In this document: one piece after another, positions 46,318-57,021 of the stretch
Numbering within the stretch: the first letter of the stretch is position 1
How the letters are laid out: every line of letters starts with the position of its first letter
NCBI GenBank assembly: GCA_022563195.1
Contig: JADFNV010000006.1
Coordinates: 12,045 to 76,044, forward strand
Origin: Pseudomonadota bacterium
GTDB taxonomy: Bacteria; Pseudomonadota; Gammaproteobacteria; Steroidobacterales; Woeseiaceae
Reading direction: 5' to 3'
Length of the DNA: 64,000 nt
Translations under genes and position numbers: made by a program
Notes under the pieces: model-generated
Databases searched by the model: none
What the model saw: the letters and a program-made list of their open reading frames with translations, nothing else
Told to the model about the DNA's origin: nothing

Positions 46318-49059
46318 ATGAGTACCGGGGTACACAAGTCCTTGCGCCGTCAGGACATCATGTTCGAGGACAAGGATCAGGCCTTGCGTGGTGATGTGCA
46401 CAGGCTGGGCGCGATGGTCGGCGACCTGATTAAAGACCAGGGTGGTGAAGAGCTGTTCGATTTTGTCGAGAACGCCCGACTGCGCGCGATCAGGCGCCGC
46501 GAAGATAACGAAAAACCGGGCGAAGAGCTCGCTGCGCTTGTCGAGAATCTCGCGCCGAATTTTGCGCTACAGGTCATTCGCAGCTTCTCGACCTATTTCC
46601 AGATGGTCAACACGGCCGAAAAAGTTCATCGTATTCGGCGCCGTCGCGAGTACCTGCAGGAAACCGGTAACTATCAGCCGGGTGGTTTTGAGGACACGCT
46701 TGTCAAGCTCAAGGCATCGGGCATGGGCGTTGATGACCTTCAGAAACTGATGAACTCGCTGCACATTGAACCCGTCTTCACGGCCCATCCAACCGAGCCG
46801 ACACGGCGCACGATGCTGCGCAAAGAGCAGAATATCGTTCGCCACCTCATCGATCTGTTGAATCCGACGATGACCGCCCAGGAAACTCATGTCGCGTTGG
46901 AAAATATCCGCCTGCTGATTACGACCGGCTGGCAGACTAACGAACACCCTTCGGAGCAAATGACGGTCGCCGACGAACTGGAGCACGTACTGTTCTTCCT
47001 CACCGACGTACTGTATCGAGCGATGCCGCCGTTTTACGAAGACATCGAGAACGCGATCGTGCGTATTTACGGTGAAGAGGCCGCGCAATTCAATGTGCCG
47101 ATCCTGGTGCATTTCGCTTCCTGGGTTGGCGGCGACATGGACGGCAATCCCAATGTCAACGCGAAAACGATACGTGCCACGCTCGCGCGACAGCGATCGC
47201 TGATTCTGGATCTCTATTTCAACGAATGTGCATCACTCTCTTCGAAGCTCAGTCAGTCGACCAGTCGCATTGGTATCGATGACTCCATCACTACGAAGAT
47301 CGATGAGTATCAACACGTATTCCAGCCGGCTTATCACGAAGTCCCGGCTCGCCATCGCGATATGCCCTATCGGGTTTTATTGCGACTCATACAACAACGC
47401 CTGCAGTCGACCTATGACGATGATATTTTCCCTTACGAGAACGTCGGCCAGTTTCACAACGATATCCAGCTCATTGCTAACAGTCTTGAAAATAACTGTG
47501 GCGATCATGCCGGCATGTTCGCGGTCAATCGTCTTGTTCGGCGTATCGATACTTTCGGTTTTCACCTCGTCACGCTGGACGTGCGGCAGGATGCTGAGGT
47601 GCACCGCCGCGTCATCGGAGAATGCTTGGGCGACGATGACTGGCTCGATCGATCCGCCGAGGATCGTACCGCGCGAATCATCGAGGCAATCAGCAGCCGC
47701 GAAGGATTACCTGAAAATATCAGTACGCAGGCACGCAAAACAATTAGTGTGTTTCACGCGATCGCCTCGTGTCGCCGCAAGTACGGGCCCAGAGCCATCG
47801 GCCCATTCATCGTAAGTATGACGCAAGGTGCCGACGACATTCTGTCGGTCTTGTTGCTGGCGCAGTGGGGTGAACTGCATGATCGTCGCGGTGACGCGCC
47901 ACTCGACATTGCGCCATTGCTGGAAACGGTTGATGACCTCCACCGGGGCCCTCACATTCTCCAGTCACTCCTGTCGACCGACATATATCGCGAACATCTT
48001 GCCCGGCGAAACAATCGCCAAATGGTAATGATCGGTTATTCGGACAGCAATAAGGACGGCGGCCTTGCATCGGCGCGTTGGGCATTGCAGATCGCTCAGG
48101 AAACACTCGTCGAAACCGTTGCGGCCGAAGATGTCGAGCTAACATTGTTCCACGGCCGCGGCGGCACGATCAGTCGTGGTGGCAGCAAGACACACGTCGC
48201 CGTACTCGGTGCGCCACCGGGAACGGTTAACGGCCGACTGCGTGTCACCGAACAAGGTGAAATTATCAACGAGAAGTACGGCTTGAGAGGCATCGCCTTG
48301 CGTACACTCGAACAGGTCACGGGCTCGGTAGCGCTCGCGACGGCGATGCCCAGGCATCGTGGCAATGACTTGCCGGACTGGCACAAAATGATGGACGTCA
48401 TCGCTCACGAGAGCCGGCGCGCCTACCGCAAGCTCGTTTACGATACACCGGGCTTTTACGACTACTTCCGCAAGGCCACGCCTATCGATCTGATCGAGCG
48501 CATGCGCATCGGCTCACGACCATCGTCACGACGTTCGCAGTCGAGCATCGAAGATTTGCGTGCAATCCCCTGGGTATTCTCGTGGACGCAGGCGCGATGC
48601 ATGTTGCCGGGCTGGTACGGCCTTGGCACGGGGCTCGCCAAAGCCGCGGAACAATTTGACGAAAAACCGTTTCAGGCAATGTTCCTGGAATGGTACTTCA
48701 TGCGCGCCCTGACGGCCGATGTCGAGATGGTACTGGCCAAAGCCGATCTCCGCATAGCACGCCTCTACTCTGAATTGGCGGGCGAATTACACGACAAATT
48801 CTTTCCGCTTATCGAGAAGGAGTATGAGCTGACACGTGAGCTGATTCTTGACTATTCAGAGCATGATGCCTTGCTTGAGGGCGACCGCACCTTGCAACGT
48901 GCGATTATGCTGCGCAATCCCTATGTCGATCCGATGAGCCTGATGCAGATTGACCTGCTCGCACGCTGGCGAGAATCGGACTGTCAGGACGGGGAAGTAT
49001 TCGATGCGTTGCTCGCGAGTGTTAATGGCATCGCGCAAGGCTTACAGAACACGGGCTAA
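46318..49059 (+). CDS. ppc: Phosphoenolpyruvate carboxylase
   Basis: VFTAHPTE, SWVGGDMDGNPNV, MIGYSDSNKDGG, FHGRGGTISRGG, LRAIPWVF, C-terminal QNTG. Confidence 0.97.
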   Translation: MSTGVHKSLRRQDIMFEDKDQALRGDVHRLGAMVGDLIKDQGGEELFDFVENARLRAIRRREDNEKPGEELAALVENLAPNFALQVIRSFSTYFQMVNTAEKVHRIRRRREYLQETGNYQPGGFEDTLVKLKASGMGVDDLQKLMNSLHIEPVFTAHPTEPTRRTMLRKEQNIVRHLIDLLNPTMTAQETHVALENIRLLITTGWQTNEHPSEQMTVADELEHVLFFLTDVLYRAMPPFYEDIENAIVRIYGEEAAQFNVPILVHFASWVGGDMDGNPNVNAKTIRATLARQRSLILDLYFNECASLSSKLSQSTSRIGIDDSITTKIDEYQHVFQPAYHEVPARHRDMPYRVLLRLIQQRLQSTYDDDIFPYENVGQFHNDIQLIANSLENNCGDHAGMFAVNRLVRRIDTFGFHLVTLDVRQDAEVHRRVIGECLGDDDWLDRSAEDRTARIIEAISSREGLPENISTQARKTISVFHAIASCRRKYGPRAIGPFIVSMTQGADDILSVLLLAQWGELHDRRGDAPLDIAPLLETVDDLHRGPHILQSLLSTDIYREHLARRNNRQMVMIGYSDSNKDGGLASARWALQIAQETLVETVAAEDVELTLFHGRGGTISRGGSKTHVAVLGAPPGTVNGRLRVTEQGEIINEKYGLRGIALRTLEQVTGSVALATAMPRHRGNDLPDWHKMMDVIAHESRRAYRKLVYDTPGFYDYFRKATPIDLIERMRIGSRPSSRRSQSSIEDLRAIPWVFSWTQARCMLPGWYGLGTGLAKAAEQFDEKPFQAMFLEWYFMRALTADVEMVLAKADLRIARLYSELAGELHDKFFPLIEKEYELTRELILDYSEHDALLEGDRTLQRAIMLRNPYVDPMSLMQIDLLARWRESDCQDGEVFDALLASVNGIAQGLQNTG

Positions 49060-49070
49060 TTACTTTTCAT

Positions 49071-49958
49071 ATGTACAGCTTTTGTCAAAAATTTCTGCTT
49101 GCCGCGATCGTGCTAGCCCTTGCGCCAGCCGGACTGTCAGCAGACTCACCAACAGCATTCGCTCGAGTCGCAGTCGATGCACAGAAAAAACCAACTGCCT
49201 TGCAACTCGCCATCGTTACTTACGTACCCCAAAGCGACAGCAGACAATACAGTGTTGACCTTGTTAGTGCGATACACGTTGGAGACGAAGCTTATTACGC
49301 GGAGCTAAATGACCGGTTCGAAAACTACGACGCATTACTTTACGAACTGATCGCCCCGAAAGACACAATCGTCGACCGAACCGCCGAAGAACGCGAGGGA
49401 TTCATTTCCAACGTTCAGCTTGTATTGAAAGGCGTGCTGGACCTGACGTTTCAGCTTGATGTAATCGATTACGACAAAGCCAATTTCGTGCATGCCGATC
49501 TCAGCCCGGCAGAGTTGTCGCTAAGCATGGACGAGCGCGACGAATCCTTGTACGTCTATTTTTGGCGCGTTTTCTACGCAACCATGGAGGAACATGCCAA
49601 AGACCCACTTGGCTTGCGCGACTGGCAAATATTGTCGGCCGTGTTGTCCGCGAACGACGATAACGCTATCAAAATCATGATGGCCTACGAAATGACTGAT
49701 CTAAAACAAATGCGCAAGATTCTTGGCGACGATTCAGATTCGGCTGTCATCGGCGCCCGCAACGAGCGCGCGATAGAAGTATTGCGGAGCACACTTGATA
49801 TGGGCACAGACAGGATGCGCATCGGCATATTTTATGGTGTGGCACATATGCCGGATCTCGAAGTACGACTGCTGAATGAACTGGGGCTGGTACGCCAACA
49901 AATCGTCTGGATCGACGCCTGGAAGCTGGGCCAGCAGCCCGTTGACGCCGCCCAATGA
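49071..49958 (+). CDS. Exported TraB/GumN(TIKI)-like hypothetical protein
   Basis: Signal peptide; SAIHVG, LLYE, ARNERA, FYGVAHM metal-site-like pattern. Confidence 0.6.
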   Translation: MYSFCQKFLLAAIVLALAPAGLSADSPTAFARVAVDAQKKPTALQLAIVTYVPQSDSRQYSVDLVSAIHVGDEAYYAELNDRFENYDALLYELIAPKDTIVDRTAEEREGFISNVQLVLKGVLDLTFQLDVIDYDKANFVHADLSPAELSLSMDERDESLYVYFWRVFYATMEEHAKDPLGLRDWQILSAVLSANDDNAIKIMMAYEMTDLKQMRKILGDDSDSAVIGARNERAIEVLRSTLDMGTDRMRIGIFYGVAHMPDLEVRLLNELGLVRQQIVWIDAWKLGQQPVDAAQ

Positions 49959-49983
49959 TCAGGCAGTTTGCCTCGCTGGGCTC

Positions 49984-50658
49984 CTACAGGTCGATGAAGC
50001 TGGCGAACTCTTCCAGTTCCTTACGGGTGATGTCGGGTACCTGGGCATCATCCGCAGGGTAGCCCGTCACGAGTAAAAGGAACGGTCGCTCGCTCTTCGG
50101 CCTGTCGAGGATCTCGTTGAGGAACTTCATTGGGCTGGGTGTATGCGTCAGGCACACGAGTCCTGCGTGATGCAATGCGGTGATCAGGATTCCTGCCGCA
50201 AGCCCGGTCGACTCGGTCGGGTAGTAGTGCTTTACCTTGCGACCATCGGGAAGCACGCCGAATTTCTGTAAGAAGACGGCGATCAGGTATGGCGCCGTCT
50301 CGAGGAATGGTTTGTCTGAGTCCGTGCCTAACGGTGCAAGTGCGTCCAGCCACTCGGCCGTGGCGCGATGTTCGTAAAACTCGCGTTCCTCGACTTCTGC
50401 TGCTTCACGAATTTTCTTCTTTGTCTGCGGTCCGCTGATAACAACGAAATGCCAGGGCTGCAGGTTCGCGCCGCTCGGCGCTGTGCTCGCGGCTTTTAGT
50501 GCTGTCTCGATGATGTCTCGTGGCACGGGCCTGTCGGAGAACTCGCGAACCGTGCGCCGACGGTTTAAGTCGGCATAAAACTCCTCGAGCCGCTGCCGCA
50601 TTTCTTCAATCGGGTACTCGCGATAGTCCTTGAGTGGAATCGTCGGGTAGCTGCTCAC
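49984..50658 (-). CDS. Nitroreductase-family flavoprotein, iodotyrosine deiodinase-like
   Basis: [50 protein letters not shown] start at 50658 with AAGGA RBS. Confidence 0.85.
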   Translation of the reverse strand: MSSYPTIPLKDYREYPIEEMRQRLEEFYADLNRRRTVREFSDRPVPRDIIETALKAASTAPSGANLQPWHFVVISGPQTKKKIREAAEVEEREFYEHRATAEWLDALAPLGTDSDKPFLETAPYLIAVFLQKFGVLPDGRKVKHYYPTESTGLAAGILITALHHAGLVCLTHTPSPMKFLNEILDRPKSERPFLLLVTGYPADDAQVPDITRKELEEFASFIDL

Positions 50659-50675
50659 AGGTCTCAATCCTTTCG

Positions 50676-51113
50676 TCAGTCCGGGTCGTTCAGCCTTTGC
50701 AGCACAGTGTATTCGGTAGTGTCGTTTTCCGACACCATGTAACCGCGCATGGATATGCCAACCTCTTGCACAGACTCCGGCCTGCCGGTGATCAATGGAT
50801 GCCACTCTGGAAGATCCTGCCCATTGGCCAGGCGACGATAGGCGCAACTTGACGGCAACCAGCTGAATTCCTCAGTGCGATCGGCTGACAGCTTAAGGCA
50901 GTTCGTGACGATCTTTGTCCGATTGGCATAGTTGGTGCAGCGGCAGGTTTTGATGTCGAGCAATTTGCATGCGACATCGGTGTAGAAAACCTCGCCCGTG
51001 TCCTCGTCTTCGACTTTGTGCATGCAGCACAGCGCGCAACCATCACAAAGGCCTTCCCACTCCTGTATGTTCATCTCGGACAGTGTTTTATGTTTCCAGT
51101 ATTTGTCTTTCAT
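50676..51113 (-). CDS. YcgN / UPF0260 cysteine-cluster protein
   Basis: [22 protein letters not shown]...[13 protein letters not shown]. Confidence 0.9.
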   Translation of the reverse strand: MKDKYWKHKTLSEMNIQEWEGLCDGCALCCMHKVEDEDTGEVFYTDVACKLLDIKTCRCTNYANRTKIVTNCLKLSADRTEEFSWLPSSCAYRRLANGQDLPEWHPLITGRPESVQEVGISMRGYMVSENDTTEYTVLQRLNDPD

Positions 51114-51115
51114 CG

Positions 51116-51541
51116 TCAGGCGCCGATAATTTGCCTGGCCCATTGCACGACGGTGCGTACGCGCGGCGATGACAGGTCGTAAGCCTCGTCAAAGCTGACC
51201 CAGCGCCATTCATGATGCTCGGGGACACCTGTCTCGGGGGACGGACCCATGACGATGTCTACACAAGACGTCTTTCCCAGGTAGTAGCGCGCTGTCTTGC
51301 CGCGGCTGTACGGCCCCGTTTCTGTATAGCGTTCGCCCCAGTCGAAATCGATCTTTGTAATGCCCGTTTCCTCACCAACCTCTCGAATCGCAGCTTCAAG
51401 TGGTTGTTCGCCTGCTTCGCGCAAGCCCTTCGGAAAGTCCCAATTATGATAGGCGCGCAACATCAATGTCAGCCAGCCTGAGTCGGAGGTCCTGGCCAGC
51501 ACGATGCCACAGGACAGCGTTGTTGCTTCACTCGCACTCAT
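51116..51541 (-). CDS. NUDIX hydrolase (Ap4A-hydrolase-like)
   Basis: WDFPKG...GE..LEAAIREVGEETGI Nudix box; EHHEWRW. Confidence 0.9.
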   Translation of the reverse strand: MSASEATTLSCGIVLARTSDSGWLTLMLRAYHNWDFPKGLREAGEQPLEAAIREVGEETGITKIDFDWGERYTETGPYSRGKTARYYLGKTSCVDIVMGPSPETGVPEHHEWRWVSFDEAYDLSSPRVRTVVQWARQIIGA

Positions 51542-54027
51542 GCTGTCCTCAGGACCTCAATAGGTGGTGCATTAATAGCGCCGCGCGCTGCGACAAAACC
51601 ACTGACACACACAAGCAGAACCCCCGCTCCGAGGCCGGCCGCCCACAGCAGCGGATTGAACTCATAAGGCAGTTCAAACAGTTGCACCGCAACGATTGCC
51701 GCCAGAATCGATGCCCCCGCCGACGCCAGAAGACCGGCAGCAATGCCAAGCACGGCAAACTCTGTCATGACCCCGGCAAACACCGTGCGCTTGCGCGCAC
51801 CCAGGGCGCGCAGTATCGCGCTCTCGAATCGTCGCTCATCGATAGTTGACTGCACGGCAGCGAACAACACGACAACTCCGGCCGCGAGTGTAAATACGAA
51901 GACTGCCTGTACCGCGAGGCTCGCCTTTTCAATGATGCCGCGGATCTGTTGCAGAATCGCGTCGATATCGATCACCGAGATACTAGGGTGTGTTCGTACG
52001 AGATTAATCAACACGGATTGTTGCTCTCGTTCCAGTCGCATACTCGAGATATAGGTCATTGGCATGCTGTCGAGCGCACCTGGCGACAGCACGATGAAGA
52101 AGTTCGGTTTGAACGAATCCCAGTTGATACTGCGCGTACTCGCGATCGTCACCTCGAGCTCACGACCTGCAATCACAAACACGATGCGATCACCGATGGC
52201 GAGTCCAGTATCGAACGCCGCCTCCTCTTCGATCGATGCCAGGGGTGGCCCGGCATAGTCTGCCGGCCACCACTCGCCATCAACGATTTCATTACTGGCC
52301 GATAGCGTTGCCCTCCACGACAGGTTTGCCTCGCGATTGGCGAGCCAGCTCCCGCCTGGATCGGGATAGCTGCGCGTCTTGACTGACTCGCCGTTGATCG
52401 TGGACATCCGCGCCCGCACGAGGGGTACGAATTCGGGCGTCGCTATCCCGGCCGAGTCGAATATCGCCGCCACCGAATCGAGTTCATGCGGCTGGATATT
52501 GATCATGAAATGATTCGGTGCGTCTTCGTCGATCGTCTTGCGCCAACCTTCGAGTAAATCCGTGCGCACGATGGTCAGCAATAACAAAACCGTCAGCCCG
52601 AGTCCAAATGCTACAACCTGAACGGCGCTGCTGCGACCCCGGCGTGCGACATTTGCGAGACCATAGCGCCACGCGACTCCAACTCCCGAGCGAAAGCGAC
52701 CCATTAACGCAACCAGGCCGCGCCCGACCAGGTACAGCGCCGCCGCGATGACGACAATACCGCCAAGCAGCACGACGAGCATGCGCGCATCACCAACCGA
52801 TCGATACAGCAATGCTGCAACGGCGGCGAGAGACAATCCCGTGACGAACAATCGAGACGATGCCGGCGGCATTATATCGTGGCGCAACACGCGCAGCGGC
52901 GGCGTATTGCGTAACTGTAAGAGTGAAGGCAGAGCGAAGCCGATAAGCAATACGAGCGCACTGCCACTGGCCAGGATGACCGGCATCGGCCCGGAATCAG
53001 GCAGGTCGGCAGCGATAATGTCGGAAAGAATCCATGACAGCACTTCTTCCGCCGCAAAGCCGACGCTGCTACCGGCAATGACACCGAGCACACCGAGCAT
53101 CATGAGCTGCAGTACGGCGACTGTAATGACAAAGCCCTGTGTCGCCCCAAGACTTTTCATCAGCGCGACCGTATCCATACGCCGGTGAGCGAAGCGCCGT
53201 GCTGACATCGCCACAGCAACCGCGCTGAGCAAGAGGCTTATAACAGCAGTCAACGACAAGAATCGCTGTGCGCGATCGGCCGCGTTGTACGCGCGCTCAC
53301 TACTCTCATCGCGATTTGATGCCCGCACCGAGTCGGGCAATTGGTCCTGTATCGCTTCGTTAAACCCGCTGATCGCGCTGTCATCGCCCGCGACGAGCAA
53401 TGCGTAGCCAACGCGGCTGCCCTCACCGATGAGTCCGGTTGCAGGAATATCGGCAATATTGACGAGCAGCGATGGCGCCAGCGACGCAAAACCGATTGAC
53501 TGGTCGGGCCTGTACGTCAGTACTGCGGATACGAGCATGTCTGATCCGCCGACCATGACTTCATCGCCGACATCGGCGCCAATCCTGGCCAACAGGGCGC
53601 CATCAGCCCACACCTCACCGCGCGGCGGTACGCCTTCGACTACGCGCTGTTCGCCGAATAGCGTATCCGAAATCCTGATCGCGCCCCGCAACGGATAGCT
53701 GTCACTAACAGCCTTGATTGTTGCCAGTGCGCTCAAATCACCTGCGAACACTACGCTTGGAAACGTCTGTGTCTCAGCTGTCTGCAGGCCGTACTCTACT
53801 GCCGTGGCACGCCAGGTGTCCGGGATGGGCTCCTGCGAGCGCAGACGGAGGTCGGCGGCCAGTACTTCGTTGGCCTGGCGCGCAACGGCCTTGCCTATGC
53901 GGTCCGTCAGGAACCCTACCGCCGTCAGCACGCCCACAGCCAGCGCTACCGCTGCCAGCAGCACCATGACTTCGCCCGATCGCAACTCGCGACCGAAGCT
54001 TCTTAGCGCAAACGTGATGGCTTTCAT
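51538..54027 (-). CDS. ybbP: ABC transporter permease (YbbP/FtsX-like)
   Basis: RELRSGE, LAADL, YPLRG, ALMKSLGA, APNHFMINIQP, WDSFKPNFF, ILRALGA. Confidence 0.88.
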   Translation of the reverse strand: MKAITFALRSFGRELRSGEVMVLLAAVALAVGVLTAVGFLTDRIGKAVARQANEVLAADLRLRSQEPIPDTWRATAVEYGLQTAETQTFPSVVFAGDLSALATIKAVSDSYPLRGAIRISDTLFGEQRVVEGVPPRGEVWADGALLARIGADVGDEVMVGGSDMLVSAVLTYRPDQSIGFASLAPSLLVNIADIPATGLIGEGSRVGYALLVAGDDSAISGFNEAIQDQLPDSVRASNRDESSERAYNAADRAQRFLSLTAVISLLLSAVAVAMSARRFAHRRMDTVALMKSLGATQGFVITVAVLQLMMLGVLGVIAGSSVGFAAEEVLSWILSDIIAADLPDSGPMPVILASGSALVLLIGFALPSLLQLRNTPPLRVLRHDIMPPASSRLFVTGLSLAAVAALLYRSVGDARMLVVLLGGIVVIAAALYLVGRGLVALMGRFRSGVGVAWRYGLANVARRGRSSAVQVVAFGLGLTVLLLLTIVRTDLLEGWRKTIDEDAPNHFMINIQPHELDSVAAIFDSAGIATPEFVPLVRARMSTINGESVKTRSYPDPGGSWLANREANLSWRATLSASNEIVDGEWWPADYAGPPLASIEEEAAFDTGLAIGDRIVFVIAGRELEVTIASTRSINWDSFKPNFFIVLSPGALDSMPMTYISSMRLEREQQSVLINLVRTHPSISVIDIDAILQQIRGIIEKASLAVQAVFVFTLAAGVVVLFAAVQSTIDERRFESAILRALGARKRTVFAGVMTEFAVLGIAAGLLASAGASILAAIVAVQLFELPYEFNPLLWAAGLGAGVLLVCVSGFVAARGAINAPPIEVLRTA

Positions 54028-54731
54028 GCAGACACCGCACTATCGCTGACCAGGAGGCCGGCATCGAGACTGAGGATACGGTCGCAGCGCTCGGCGAGTG
54101 ACACGTTGTGCGTCACAAGGATGAGCGTTGTCGATGACGTATGGTTCAGTTCGAACATGAGGTCCATGATGTTCAATCCCGTGCGTGCATCGAGATTGCC
54201 AGTCGGCTCGTCGGCAAACAGCACTGCGGGTTCCGTCGCAAACGCACGTGCAATTGCGACGCGCTGTTTCTCTCCCCCGGACAATTGTGCCGGGTAGTGC
54301 CGCCAGCGATCGCTGAGACCCACCTCGTCGATGATCGCATGCGATGCCTCGCGCGCATTTGCAGCGCCTGCCAGCTCAAGTGGCAGCATGACGTTTTCCA
54401 GAGCATTCAGGGATGGTACGAGGTGAAACGATTGAAACACGAAGCCAACATTGTCGGCACGCAAGCGTGCACGGCCGTCCTCGTCAAGCTCGCCGAGATT
54501 TGAACCGTTCAATGTCACATGGCCTGTCGTCGGCAAATCCAACCCTGCCAGCAGCGCAAGCAACGTTGATTTTCCTGCACCGGAGGGCCCGACCACTGCG
54601 ACAGATTCACCCGCGGAGATGCGGAAACTGACCTCTGAAAGAATGGTCAGACCACCCTCGGGGCTGCTAACCTGTTTGCTTATTCCATGCGCTTGTAGAA
54701 CGGCTGTGTTATCGGGTGACTGAGTTTCCAT
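54024..54731 (-). CDS. ybbA: ABC transporter ATP-binding protein (YbbA-like)
   Basis: GPSGAGKST, LSGGEKQRV, FADEPTGNLD; divergent from tesA. Confidence 0.9.
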   Translation of the reverse strand: METQSPDNTAVLQAHGISKQVSSPEGGLTILSEVSFRISAGESVAVVGPSGAGKSTLLALLAGLDLPTTGHVTLNGSNLGELDEDGRARLRADNVGFVFQSFHLVPSLNALENVMLPLELAGAANAREASHAIIDEVGLSDRWRHYPAQLSGGEKQRVAIARAFATEPAVLFADEPTGNLDARTGLNIMDLMFELNHTSSTTLILVTHNVSLAERCDRILSLDAGLLVSDSAVSA

Positions 54732-55350
54732 GCGTCGATATCTTACCTTTGTCTTTTTGTTAGTAACTGCGACTGCACACGGTGCTGATGCCCCGACCGT
54801 GCTCATTTACGGCGACAGCCTTAGTGCAGGTTATGGTATGGAAGTTGACCAATCCTGGGTCGCTTTGTTGCAAACAAGGCTGCAAGGCCAAGGGTACGAA
54901 CATCGCGTGGTTAACGCCAGCATCACCGGCGAGACGACCGAGGGCGGCGCCGCGCGAATCGCGCAGGCTCTCAACACCTTCACGCCATCGCTGATTGTTC
55001 TCGAGCTCGGCGGCAACGACGGCCTGCGCGGCATTCCACCAAACCGGATGAAGGCTAACCTGCAGACGATCATCCAGTCCAGCAGGTCGGCCGGCGCCAC
55101 CGTCATACTACTTGGCATTCGCATTCCATCAAACTATGGGCCAAGGTACATCGAGGACTTCAATAATGTCTATCGTGAGCTGGCAAGCGAACTCAACCTG
55201 CCCTGGATCGAGTTTTTTATGCAGGGGGTTGCCTTGAACGATGAGCTCATGCAGGCTGACGGAATTCATCCCAATGCCGCCGCACAACCGCTATTGCTTG
55301 ATAATGCCTGGCCGATTATCAGCACGGCACTCACCTTAACGGAGCACTAG
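54730..55350 (+). CDS. tesA: Arylesterase / acyl-CoA thioesterase I (SGNH)
   Basis: GDSLSAGYG, NASITGETT, ELGGNDGLRG, DGIHP. Confidence 0.94.
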   Translation: MRRYLTFVFLLVTATAHGADAPTVLIYGDSLSAGYGMEVDQSWVALLQTRLQGQGYEHRVVNASITGETTEGGAARIAQALNTFTPSLIVLELGGNDGLRGIPPNRMKANLQTIIQSSRSAGATVILLGIRIPSNYGPRYIEDFNNVYRELASELNLPWIEFFMQGVALNDELMQADGIHPNAAAQPLLLDNAWPIISTALTLTEH

Positions 55351-57011
55351 TGGAAAAAATCTGGCTCAAGTCGTATCCGGAGGGGGTCCCCGAAGAGCTG
55401 CCGCCGCCGCCTTATGGCTCTGTACGGGAAATGATCGAGAAAGCGTTTGAGTCGTATCCGGATCGACCGTCGTTCACCAATATGGGTACGACGTTGACAT
55501 ACGGACAGATCGACACCTTGTCGATGCAATTTGCGTGCTATTTGCAGCAGTCGCTTGGCCTCGTCCGCGGCGAGCGTGTTGCGATCATGCTGCCTAACAT
55601 TCTGCAGTTCCCGGTGGTAATGACCGGTATCTTTCGCGCCGGCCTGGTTGTCGTCAACGTGAATCCACTCTATACCGCTCGCGAGCTTGAACACCAGCTA
55701 AGTGATTCAGGTGCTAAGTGCATTGTCGTGCTCGAGAATTTTGCGCACATACTCGCAGAGGTCATCGACAAGACCGCTGTTGAGCACGTCGTCACTACCA
55801 GTGTCGGGGATCTGCTCAATTTTCCCAAGGGCCTGATTACGAACCTGGTGCTTCGATATTTAAGAAAGTCTGTACCGCATTTCAGCCTGCCCGGCAGCGT
55901 TGTGTTCAGGAATGCCCTCAATGCCGGTTCGAAGGAGGAGTTGACGCATGTTGAACTCGGCTTCGCCGATATCGCTTTTTTGCAATACACGGGTGGCACA
56001 ACGGGTGTTTCGAAAGGAGCGATGCTGAGCCATCGCAATATGGTCTGCAATGTTCAGCAAGTAATCATCTGGCAAGGCAATGCATACCTTGAGTTTGATT
56101 CGATCATCGCGATCACGGCGTTGCCGCTCTATCATATCTTCTCGCTGCAGGGAAATTGCCTCACCGTCATGGCACAGGGCGGTCTCAACGTATTGATCAC
56201 CAATCCGAGAGATTGTGTCGCGTTCGTCAAGGACATCGCCAAATTCAAGTTCAACATGCTTACCGGCGTGAATACCTTGTTTGCCGCGCTCATGAACACA
56301 CCCGGATTCAGCAACGTCGATTTCAGCGATCTGCGGGTCTGCATCGGTGGTGGCATGGCAGTGCAAGCTGCGGTGGCGAAGGAATGGAAGGCATTAACGA
56401 ACAACTCGATCCTGCAGGCCTACGGACTGACAGAAACGTCCCCGGCCGCAATCGTCAATCCGATTCCCAGCGAATTCACGGGCGCGATAGGCCTGCCTCT
56501 GCCATCGACCGATGTCACCATTTGTGACGATGATGGCAACGCGCTTGATACGGGCAGCATTGGTGAAATCTGCATCAGGGGGCCCCAGGTCATGGAAGGA
56601 TACTGGCAGCGGCCGGAAGAAACCGAGGAGGTCATGCTGCCTGGCGGTTGGTTGCGAACAGGTGACATCGGTCGTATGAATGATGACGGCTTCGTTTTTA
56701 TCGAGGATCGTAAAAAGGACATGATCCTCGTCTCGGGATTCAACGTGTATCCCAACGAAATTGAAAACGTGATCGTCGAAATGGATGGCATTCTCGAGGC
56801 GGCGGCAATTGGCGTACCCGATGATCACTCGGGCGAAGCAGTGAAAATTTTTGCGGTTCGCAAGCACGACGGAGTCAGCGAACAGGACGTAATCGACTAC
56901 TGCCGCGATAAACTGACAAACTACAAACGCCCGAAATCTGTCGAATTCCGCGACGACCTGCCGAAAACCAATATCGGCAAAATACTGCGCCGCGCACTGC
57001 GCGACGACTAA
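55350..57011 (+). CDS. fadD: Long-chain fatty acid-CoA ligase
   Basis: YTGGTTGVSKGA, YGLTE, GPQVMEGYW, TGDIG, SGFNVYPNEIE, GKILRR. Confidence 0.93.
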   Translation: MEKIWLKSYPEGVPEELPPPPYGSVREMIEKAFESYPDRPSFTNMGTTLTYGQIDTLSMQFACYLQQSLGLVRGERVAIMLPNILQFPVVMTGIFRAGLVVVNVNPLYTARELEHQLSDSGAKCIVVLENFAHILAEVIDKTAVEHVVTTSVGDLLNFPKGLITNLVLRYLRKSVPHFSLPGSVVFRNALNAGSKEELTHVELGFADIAFLQYTGGTTGVSKGAMLSHRNMVCNVQQVIIWQGNAYLEFDSIIAITALPLYHIFSLQGNCLTVMAQGGLNVLITNPRDCVAFVKDIAKFKFNMLTGVNTLFAALMNTPGFSNVDFSDLRVCIGGGMAVQAAVAKEWKALTNNSILQAYGLTETSPAAIVNPIPSEFTGAIGLPLPSTDVTICDDDGNALDTGSIGEICIRGPQVMEGYWQRPEETEEVMLPGGWLRTGDIGRMNDDGFVFIEDRKKDMILVSGFNVYPNEIENVIVEMDGILEAAAIGVPDDHSGEAVKIFAVRKHDGVSEQDVIDYCRDKLTNYKRPKSVEFRDDLPKTNIGKILRRALRDD

Positions 57012-57021
57012 ACGGTGGGTG

